A DNA stretch of 64,000 nt, from contig JBKDXR010000085.1 of NCBI GenBank assembly GCA_046306055.1, positions 3,774 to 67,773 on the forward strand, in the 5' to 3' direction. The position numbers were made by a program, and so were the translations under genes. Within the stretch, counting starts at the first letter, position 1, and each line of letters opens with the position of its first letter. The notes under the pieces were generated by a model. The model did not search any database, had not been told where the DNA came from, and saw only the letters and a program-made list of their open reading frames with translations. Below, piece by piece: positions 27,385 through 35,093 of the stretch. Origin of the DNA: Flavobacteriales bacterium. GTDB lineage: Bacteria > Bacteroidota > Bacteroidia > Flavobacteriales_F > PHOS-HE28.

Positions 27385-27450
27385 GGGGATCACCCGGCAT
27401 GGTCGGGTGATCTGCATTGGTACGGAAAGGGAAGGGGCAGGGGCAAGCTC

Positions 27451-27897
27451 TCAAGCCTTCGCGGCCTTGTCGTGGGCCTGCTGCCAGCCGAAGGGGTCCA
27501 CCACTTCGGTGACGGCACCGGCGGCGTGGTGCGCCTGCGGAAAGCCGAGCCTGTTGCGCAGCAGCTGCAGCAGGTAGGGCAGGTAGCGCGTGGTGGGCGG
27601 TGGCGGTGCGGTGGTGTTGTGCAGGTCCTGGTGGCGCACACTGATCAGCGGCACGATGCCCATGCCGATCAGGGGGCTCAGCGCCTGCTCAGCGCGCCAC
27701 AACAGTTCGTTCATGGGGTAGTGGCGCCGGAAAAGGCCGTGGCTGTGCTGTTCCACCGAACAGAGGGCCACGGTGCCTTGTGCGTTCATGGTGTCCACAT
27801 GCACCACCAGGTTGTCGGTCACGCAGCGCCGGGCATTTTCGGCCAGCTGCCGGTCGGTGGTGTGTTGTGTGGGTTTGCGGGGAGTAGCGTTCTTCAT
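27451..27897 (-). CDS. Hypothetical protein
   Basis: 148-aa ORF with host-like codon usage; no recognised motif. Confidence 0.65.
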   Translation of the reverse strand: MKNATPRKPTQHTTDRQLAENARRCVTDNLVVHVDTMNAQGTVALCSVEQHSHGLFRRHYPMNELLWRAEQALSPLIGMGIVPLISVRHQDLHNTTAPPPPTTRYLPYLLQLLRNRLGFPQAHHAAGAVTEVVDPFGWQQAHDKAAKA

Positions 27898-27984
27898 GGG
27901 AAGTGGTGTTCGTGGATAGGGAGAGGAGAGCCCCTGCCGGATCGGGGGCCCTGCCGGCACTGTGCCAGCAAGGCCCCCGGTCAA

Positions 27985-28144
27985 GAAGCCGTCTCATGAT
28001 GTTCTTTGGAAGCGAGCCGGAGGGATTTCGCGACCAGCCAAGGCGCGCGACCCGCGCAGAGCTGGGGCTCTGTAAGGGTTGAGCAACGCCGGATGGTCGC
28101 GAAAGGTCCCGGCGTAGCCCGAAGGATCATAATGAGTTGGCTTC
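27985..28144. repeat. 160-bp long imperfect palindromic element (MITE/RPE-like)
   Basis: Nested arms GAAGCC/GGCTTC, CTCAT/ATGAG, TTTCGCGACCA/TGGTCGCGAAA, inner CAGAGC..GCTCTG. Confidence 0.75.
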
Positions 28145-28184
28145 CATGGTCGGCGGGTGTTCGTCCCACCGGGGTGGGGCAGGC

Positions 28185-28400
28185 TCAGATCGTGTTGATC
28201 AGTTTCTGCACTTCGGCCTCGCTCTTGTGGAGCTTGGTCTGCAAGCGTGCCACCAGCTCGCTCTCCTTACCGGCCACGAACTGGAGGTCGGCGTCGGTGA
28301 GCTGGGTGAATTTGCCCTTGAGCTTGGTCTTGGTGGCGCCCCACGTGTTATCAACGATGGTGAAGGGGGTGGCAACGGGTGTGGTCTTTACGGTATCCAT
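28185..28400 (-). CDS. CsbD-like general stress protein
   Basis: WGATKTKLKGKFTQLTDADLQFVAGKESELVARLQTKLHKSEAEVQKLI. Confidence 0.85.
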   Translation of the reverse strand: MDTVKTTPVATPFTIVDNTWGATKTKLKGKFTQLTDADLQFVAGKESELVARLQTKLHKSEAEVQKLINTI

Positions 28401-28431
28401 GATAGATGGTGTTGTGGCTTTCGAGGGTATC

Positions 28432-28777
28432 GGGCCGCTTGGCTGGCCGGTACCTGGTGGGCGATCGCGGGGTCCCCGCTCGTGGAGCGGGGTGGGGACG
28501 AGCAGCTGTTCCCGGGCCCGGGACAATTGCGCCAACGTGGATCACTTCAAGGGACCGGGGAGCATCGTTACCCGCGATCGAAAGCCGCTTAAAGAATGGA
28601 CGATCTGAGATCGTAGATGAGCAGCGAAGGACTTAAGACAGTGTTTCGCCTTCGGTTGAAGACCACCTACAGGTCTTCGGAAGTTTGGAAGCGGTGCCAA
28701 ACCGAGGACAAGCTAGGTCGGTATGGGCGGATCGGTGCGATAGTTCACAACTAAATGTGGTGTCAAGCACAAAAGGG
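28432..28777. repeat. Duplicated hairpin-rich non-coding element, copy A (upstream of the CsbD-like gene)
   Basis: Aligns with 29664-30009 at offset ~1232; near-identical over the first ~150 bp, then diverging with conserved stems. Confidence 0.9.
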
Positions 28778-28810
28778 CCTGTGCGTGCCGTGCGCGGTGC
28801 GCGCATGCAG

Positions 28811-28838
28811 CAACGCCGCCCTGGTGGGGGCGGCGTTG
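28811..28838 (-). terminator. Hairpin downstream of the OMP gene
   Basis: CAACGCCGCCC-tggtgg-GGGCGGCGTTG perfect 11-bp stem. Confidence 0.6.
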
Positions 28839-28858
28839 GCGATGGGTGCAGGTGGTCT

Positions 28859-29614
28859 CTACTTACTGCCTGCGAAGCGCAGCCGCACACCGGCAATGAT
28901 GTAGGCGTAGTTCACCTTGGGGTTGGTGCTGAACTCATCACCCTTGAACACGTTGCTCATGGCCAAGTGGTAGCCGGCCTCCACGAACACGGGGCCTTAG
29001 CCCAGGCCGCCGCCACCGCCCACGTACCACTGCGTGCCGCGCGTTTCCACTTCGAACTGGTCATCCTCCAGGTTGGTGGTGAGCTGGATGAGGGCCGTGG
29101 GCCCCGCCATGAGGTAGGCGTTGAAGGCGTTGCGCTCAACGGGGTCCAGCAGGTTCACGCCCACCAGCAAAGGCACGCTGAGCATGTTGCTGGTATAGCG
29201 GTACTCCTGCGTGGTCAGGTCGCTGGTGTTGCCCAGGGTGTAGTACAGGTTGCGCACCACGAAGTGGAGGCCCGGCTTGAAGAAGGCCCGGCGGCCAATG
29301 AGCACATCGGCACCGAACTGGTAGCCGCCGCGGCCCACCCACTGTTCGTCGCCGGCATCCTGCACGTTGGAGGCGCTGTAGCCGCCCGATAGGTGAAAGG
29401 TCTGTGCCGTGCCCGAGAGCGCGCTGCAGAGCAGCACAAGCACGAAGGCCACGGGTGTGGGCCTGATGCGTGGACGGCGTGCGGTGCGCGCCGGGGCAGG
29501 CCAGGTGCTGTGCGGTGCCAGTGGCAGCAGCAGCCCCCAGCCGGTGGGGCGCACGTGGTGCGTGTAAGCAATGGCAGCAGGTGCTGCGGTAGGGGAAGTG
29601 TTCAGTAGGCGCAT
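28859..29614 (-). pseudogene. Outer-membrane beta-barrel (PorT/OMP_b-brl-like) interrupted by one in-frame TAA at 28997-28999
   Basis: ...WYVGGGGGLG*GPVFVEAGYHLAMSNVF...YAYIIAGVRLRFAGSK*: the last barrel strands continue in frame beyond the stop. Confidence 0.8.
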
Positions 29615-29663
29615 GGGTATGGAAATGGAACGCGACAGGCGATCGACCGGCGTGTGCCGGCCT

Positions 29664-30009
29664 GGGCCGCTTGGCTGGCCGGTACCTGGTGGGCGATCAC
29701 AGGGTCCCTGCCCGTGGAGCGGGGTGGGGACGTGCAGCGGTTCCCGGGCCCGGGGCAACTGCGCGAACGTGGATCACTTCAAGGGACCGGGGAGCATCGT
29801 TACCCGCGATCGGATGCCGCTTGACGAATGACGATCGGAGATCGCAGATGAGCAGCGAAGGACTTAAGTCCGTGTTTCGCCTTCTGTTGAAGACCACAAG
29901 CGGATCTTCCGAAGCCTGGAAGCGGTGCCAGGCATGTGTACAAGGTAGGTCGCTATTCAGGGATCGGTGCGCGAAAGGGCAACTATATGTTCCACCCCGC
30001 ACGAAAGGG
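29664..30009. repeat. Duplicated hairpin-rich non-coding element, copy B (upstream of the OMP gene)
   Basis: See copy A. Confidence 0.9.
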
Positions 30010-30060
30010 GTTGCACAACCGCGTCCTACTTTCACCGTCCACTGCCACAACGTCCCGCCC

Positions 30061-31641
30061 ATGCAACGAACGCTGACCCTTTGTGCCATGCTGAGCGGCA
30101 CCGCGCTGATGGCGCAGACCAACACCTGGACCTGGGCCTGGGCAGCGGGCAGTGCGGGGTACGAGGAAGGCTATGTGTCCATGGCGCCCAATGGGGCACT
30201 GCACCTGTTGGGCAACTACGCCAACACCATTGATGCGAACGGCACCCCGCTCACCAGCAGCGGCCAGGGCGATGCCTTCGTGCAGCGACTGGACCCCGCC
30301 GATGGCAGTGTACAGTGGACGGCCGAGGCCCACCACACGGACAACCTGTACCTCTACGACATGGCCTATCGCAGCACCGGCGAACTGGTGGTGTGCGGCA
30401 CGGTGGCGCACAACGGTGGCGCCGCACAGTTCGGCCCGTTCACCCTCGCCGGCCAGCCGTTCGGCACACAGGCCTTTGTGGCGGGCCTGTCGCCCAGCGG
30501 CGCGTGGAACTGGGTGAGCGGTGTGGCGGGCGTGGTAAGCACCGATGGCTTCCAGGTGGAAGTGGATGCGAGCGATAACATCCTGCTCGGTTGCAAATGG
30601 GGCAACGGGCTGGCGGTGTACCGCTTCACGGGCCAGGGCCAGCAGGGCTGGTCGGCCACGGCCACCAGCAGCGGCAGCTCGGTGGACCTGTATGCCATGG
30701 ACGTGCTGCCCGGCGGCGATCTGGTGATCACGGGCCGGTGCTATGGCACGGGAACCTTCGGCACGCAGAGCATCACGGTGAGCGGCAACTTCTACGATGC
30801 CTACGTGGCGCGCCTTTCGAGCGCCGGCCAATGGCAGTGGGTGGCCCAGGCGGGCGGCAGCAACTGGGACAAGGGCTTTGGCGTGTGCGCCGATGCCACG
30901 GGCGATGTGTATGTGGCGGGCACCTTCCGCAACACGGCCACCTTCGGCACCACCGCGCTAACGGCCACCGGCAGCAACAACGATGGCTGGCTGGCCAAGC
31001 TCGATGGCAATGGCCAATGGCTGTGGGCCGTGCAGATGGGCTCCATCGCCTACATGGAAGTGTATGGCATGGACATGAACGACGCCGGCGATCGGCTGGC
31101 CTTGACGGGCAACTACGCCTTCAACACGCCCACCATCGGCGGCATCGCACTGCCCACGCCCACGCTGAACGACCTGTACGTGGTGGAGTACAACACCACC
31201 GGTCAGGTGCTGAGCGCATTGGGCGTTGGTGGCGCCGGTGGCGACCGCGGCATGGCCGCGGCGTATGGCGCGGGCAATGCGTTGTACGTGGCGGGCAGCT
31301 TCGGTGCCGACATGCAGTTGGGTGCCGACCAGCTCACGTGCGTTTCAACGCCCGACCTGTGGGTGGGCCGTTTGGATGCCGACCTCACCACCGCAGTGCA
31401 GGGCCCGGACGCGAAGACCATGACCGTGTACTACGATGCTGCGGCACACACGGTGGACTTCCGCGGTGTGGAAGGCGATGCCTGGCACGTGGAGCTGTTG
31501 GACGCGAGCGGCAGGCGCGTGGCCACAGGCACCACTGCGCGGCCGTTGCCCGTACCCTCGTACCTGCGCCAAGGCATGCTGCTCGTTACCCTGGTGCGCG
31601 GCGATGTGCGGTACACGGAGCGCGTGGCGGTGATGCGGTAA
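30061..31641 (+). CDS. Secreted SBBP-like beta-propeller protein with T9SS-like CTD
   Basis: Signal peptide; repeated DAFVxxLxxxGxWxW and GDVYVAGTF blades; C-terminal LLDASGRRV. Confidence 0.85.
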   Translation: MQRTLTLCAMLSGTALMAQTNTWTWAWAAGSAGYEEGYVSMAPNGALHLLGNYANTIDANGTPLTSSGQGDAFVQRLDPADGSVQWTAEAHHTDNLYLYDMAYRSTGELVVCGTVAHNGGAAQFGPFTLAGQPFGTQAFVAGLSPSGAWNWVSGVAGVVSTDGFQVEVDASDNILLGCKWGNGLAVYRFTGQGQQGWSATATSSGSSVDLYAMDVLPGGDLVITGRCYGTGTFGTQSITVSGNFYDAYVARLSSAGQWQWVAQAGGSNWDKGFGVCADATGDVYVAGTFRNTATFGTTALTATGSNNDGWLAKLDGNGQWLWAVQMGSIAYMEVYGMDMNDAGDRLALTGNYAFNTPTIGGIALPTPTLNDLYVVEYNTTGQVLSALGVGGAGGDRGMAAAYGAGNALYVAGSFGADMQLGADQLTCVSTPDLWVGRLDADLTTAVQGPDAKTMTVYYDAAAHTVDFRGVEGDAWHVELLDASGRRVATGTTARPLPVPSYLRQGMLLVTLVRGDVRYTERVAVMR

Positions 31642-31785
31642 GTGTGTGCGCTGTGCGCACGATCCGGGGTTGCGCATCACGTACGCCGATCGGTAGGCCA
31701 TCGGGCTATTCCCATCGCCCTGTTCACGATCTGTGCCGCCACGGGGACCTTGTGCCTCCGGAGGCACGGTTCCTTTGTGGCGCCA

Positions 31786-32391
31786 ATGGCCCGCACGACC
31801 GCCAACGATGCCCTTTCGCTCTTCGACACGCTGGTGTACACCTGCGAGTACCGGCTCGTGATCGATCCGGCCAGTGCGGTGCTGGCGCGCGTGATGGAGT
31901 GGCGCCAGTTGTTGAAGGAGAAGGTCGGTGTGTTCGGCGACTATTACCGCATACCGGGCATCACCCTGCTGCATACCGAGCTGCCGCCCGACTATGAAGG
32001 CACCCTGTGCGATGCCATTGGGCGGGGCAGTGGGGCGCATGCACCGTTCAAGCTCCACCTCAACGGTTTCGCGCACACCGACGATCGTCGGAGCATCCAT
32101 ATCGAAGTGGTGCAGAAGGAGGTGGTGGCCCCTTTGCGCCAGCACATTGCGGACCATGTGCGTGCGAACCGACGCATCAAGAAACTGGGCGTGCAGGTGC
32201 CCGAGCGGATCGTGCTGCCCATGGCCACGGGGTTGAAGGTCGCGCAGTTCGAGGCCGCCTGGGGGTTGCTCTCGCCGCATCCGTTCACCGGCGAGATCAG
32301 CGTTCACGACGTGGTCCTGTTGAAACGCGAACTGGCCGACACCTCGCTGGACGAGCACGTGCGCACCTTCGCGCTGGAGCACCGGCGCTAG
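31786..32391 (+). CDS. 2H phosphoesterase (2'-5' RNA ligase/YjcG-like) fold protein with degenerate catalytic motifs
   Basis: EYRLVIDP, PGITL (normally PHxT), PFKLHLNGF, MATGL...FEAAW, VVLLKR. Confidence 0.7.
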   Translation: MARTTANDALSLFDTLVYTCEYRLVIDPASAVLARVMEWRQLLKEKVGVFGDYYRIPGITLLHTELPPDYEGTLCDAIGRGSGAHAPFKLHLNGFAHTDDRRSIHIEVVQKEVVAPLRQHIADHVRANRRIKKLGVQVPERIVLPMATGLKVAQFEAAWGLLSPHPFTGEISVHDVVLLKRELADTSLDEHVRTFALEHRR

Positions 32392-32709
32392 GCCAATGCT
32401 TGTCGTGCTCGCGCGCCATGGACCAGAGCGCACGGGGGAAGGAATACGGGCACATACCACTTATGGAAGGAGGCGTGTAGCGTTTGGCCACGCATTGATC
32501 ACGGGCATTCCGTTCGGAGGCAATGACCCTTGCGGGAGCAGCGCTGGCGTAACGGAACGTTGCAGGAATACCGGTGTGCCGCCAGGTTTATTACGGCCTG
32601 ATCGTCGGCGCTGGGTGCAAAGGTGCCTACCTTGTACCCGATACCCCGGCGCTTTTGCCGGATTCTACACGTCGCAGCATAACTACTGCGGCACAATAAG
32701 GTCAGTACA

Positions 32710-32901
32710 ATGTCAAGTGGTACAGTGAAGTTCTTCAACACGGAGAAAGGTTTTGGTTTCATCACCCCGGATGAGGGCGGTAAGGACGTGTTCGTCCACA
32801 AGACCGGGACCCGTGATAACATCCAGGAGGGCGACAAGGTCACCTTCGAGGTGGAGCAGGGCCCCAAGGGTCTGAACGCAGTGAACGTAAAGCGCAGCTA
32901 A
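32710..32901 (+). CDS. Cold-shock protein (CspA family)
   Basis: [15 protein letters not shown]...DVFVH...[10 protein letters not shown]. Confidence 0.97.
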   Translation: MSSGTVKFFNTEKGFGFITPDEGGKDVFVHKTGTRDNIQEGDKVTFEVEQGPKGLNAVNVKRS

Positions 32902-32920
32902 GCGCTCACCGATCAAGAAG

Positions 32921-32948
32921 CAAAGCCCCGGCGCAAGCCGGGGCTTTG
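32921..32948. terminator. Bidirectional terminator
   Basis: CAAAGCCCCGGC-GCAA-GCCGGGGCTTTG between the convergent csp and CsbD-like genes. Confidence 0.85.
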
Positions 32949-32980
32949 TGTTTGGTGGCAGTTCGGCCTGAAGGTCGACG

Positions 32981-33196
32981 TTACAGCCGGGCGATGAGGG
33001 CCTCCACTTCATCCGCGCTTTTGCCCAGACGGGCTTGCAGGCGGGCCACCAGGGCGGCCTCTTCGCCCTCCACGTACAGCAGGTCGGTATCACTGAGCTG
33101 GCCGAAGAGGTTGCGGAGCTTGAACTTCTTGTGGCCCCAGGTGCCCGGGGCAATGCGTAGTGGTGAGGTGGGGCCGGAGGGGATGTTGTCTGCCAT
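32981..33196 (-). CDS. Second CsbD-like protein
   Basis: WGHKKFKLRNLFGQLSDTDLLYVEGEEAALVARLQARLGKSADEVEALI. Confidence 0.8.
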   Translation of the reverse strand: MADNIPSGPTSPLRIAPGTWGHKKFKLRNLFGQLSDTDLLYVEGEEAALVARLQARLGKSADEVEALIARL

Positions 33197-33581
33197 GTGC
33201 GTGTGGGTGTGCATGCGGTGGTGCCGCTTGCAGGGGGTGTTGTTCCCGTGCGTATCGGGTGATGTTCCGCTTGCACCTTGCGGTGCGGGGTCCTTTGCGC
33301 GGGACCTTCCTTGCCAGCCTGCGGGGACCGGCACGGAGTACAAGGTACGCCAAGAGAGGGCCGAACGGACCGAAGCACCGTAATGCGCAAGGGGCGGAGG
33401 TCATCCCATCGATCATTGCCCCCGATCCCGCCGATCAATACCAGCGATTAAACCGACCGCGGATCGGTGCGTCCAAGCGAATGTCACATTTGCATCAACG
33501 GTCAGTTAACTGCACGTGATGGACCGCCGAACGCAACCTGCATGAACCCTTTTGCCCCTCCTGCCCATGATCGTTGAACGT

Positions 33582-35087
33582 ATGCGGAACGCGTTGCTGC
33601 TGTTCCTGTCCCTGATCGCCGTTCGCGAAGCGGCCGCACAATCCGCCTTCGACGGTTACGCCTTGTACAACCTGATGAACCAGACCACCTCGCGCCTGGT
33701 GAACGCGGCCGGGCAGGTGGCCTACACGTGGAACTGCCCTTCCACCTACAGTTACTCCATGGCCCTGAAGCCGAACGGCAACATCGTGCGCACAGCGGTG
33801 AACAGCGGCAACATCATCAACACGGCCGCTGTGAGCGGACTGGTGCAGGAACTGGACCCACAGGGCCAGGTGGTGTGGTCGTTCACGTATTCCTCCGCGG
33901 ACCACGTGACACACCACGACATGTGCCTGATGCCGAACGGCAACGTGCTGCTGCTCGCCTATGTACGCAAGACCGTGGCCGAACTGCAGGCCTTGGGTTA
34001 CACGGGCAATTCGGCCAAGTATCCGGGGCGTATCATCGAGATCCAGCCCACGGGCACCACGGCGCAGATCGTGTGGCAGTGGGAGATGGCCGACCGCTTC
34101 ATCCAGTACACGGATGCCAGCAAGCCCAACTACATGCCCATCGCCGAGCACCCGGAGCGCATGAACATCAATGTGGCCGTGAGCACCGGCGGTGGTCCGG
34201 GCGGTGGCATCGATTGGTTCCACGAGAACGGCATCGACTACAATGAAGAGCTGGACCAGATCGTGTTCAGCGCCCGCTACCTGAGCGAGATCCTGATCAT
34301 TGATCACAGCACCACCACGGCCGAAGCGGCCGGCCACACGGCTGGCAATGGTGGTCGTGGCGGCGACTTCCTGTTCCGCTGGGGCAAGCCCGCCAACTAC
34401 GGCATCACGGGTACGCAGCGCATCCCTGCCGCTGTGCACGATGTGAAATGGGTGCAGGCCGGGGCGCCCAATGCCGGCTGGCTCATGTTCCTGAACAACA
34501 ACGGTGGCGGGAACAATACGACCACCGTCGATGCCATCAACCCCGAGCGCGTGGGTTCCAACTACCCGTGGACGCCGGGCACGGTATGGGGACCTGCCAA
34601 CTACGAGTGGCGACACACCTGCCTGGCCTACGCCAGCGGACAGAGCGCTGCAGAGCGCATGCCCAATGGCAACACCTTCGTGGCCCTCAGCGGCCAGTAC
34701 ATGTACGAGGTGAACAGCAGCAACCAGGTGGTGTGGCAGTACAACGCCGGTCCGTCGAAGGCCTTCCGTTACCTGTGCAGCGATCCCGGCATCATTGCGC
34801 TGCTCGGCCCCGACCCCTGCGGCCTGGCCACCGATGTGGATGACGTGGAGGACACCGACGCGTTCGGCATTTACCCGAACCCCACCGAGGGCATGCTCAG
34901 TCTCGTTGGCGTGGACATGTCCACCATGGAGCGCTTCGTGGTGATCGACGGAACGGGGCGGGAGGTGAAGCGCACCGCGCCCGGATGGACCGTGGACGTG
35001 AGCGATCTGCCGAACGGGGTGTACCAGGTGGCCGTGGAGCATAGCACGGGTCGCCGGGATGTGCGCCGTGTGGTGGTGCAGCATTGA
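33582..35087 (+). CDS. Aryl-sulfate sulfotransferase (ASST)-like propeller with T9SS CTD
   Basis: HHDMCLMPNGNVL, DWFHENGIDY, IIDHSTTTAEAAGH, RWGKPANY, HDVKW, RMPNGNT; IYPNP CTD. Confidence 0.85.
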   Translation: MRNALLLFLSLIAVREAAAQSAFDGYALYNLMNQTTSRLVNAAGQVAYTWNCPSTYSYSMALKPNGNIVRTAVNSGNIINTAAVSGLVQELDPQGQVVWSFTYSSADHVTHHDMCLMPNGNVLLLAYVRKTVAELQALGYTGNSAKYPGRIIEIQPTGTTAQIVWQWEMADRFIQYTDASKPNYMPIAEHPERMNINVAVSTGGGPGGGIDWFHENGIDYNEELDQIVFSARYLSEILIIDHSTTTAEAAGHTAGNGGRGGDFLFRWGKPANYGITGTQRIPAAVHDVKWVQAGAPNAGWLMFLNNNGGGNNTTTVDAINPERVGSNYPWTPGTVWGPANYEWRHTCLAYASGQSAAERMPNGNTFVALSGQYMYEVNSSNQVVWQYNAGPSKAFRYLCSDPGIIALLGPDPCGLATDVDDVEDTDAFGIYPNPTEGMLSLVGVDMSTMERFVVIDGTGREVKRTAPGWTVDVSDLPNGVYQVAVEHSTGRRDVRRVVVQH

Positions 35088-35093
35088 TCCCCT

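Noticed and set aside
28618-28755. Small peptide MSSEGLK... encoded in both copies of the duplicated element
   Set aside because: Frames diverge through indels, and substitutions preserve base-pairing rather than amino acids.
28747-28762. NrdR-box-like sequence at the end of the duplicated element
   Set aside because: Weak match, poorly conserved in copy B, and no ribonucleotide reductase genes nearby.
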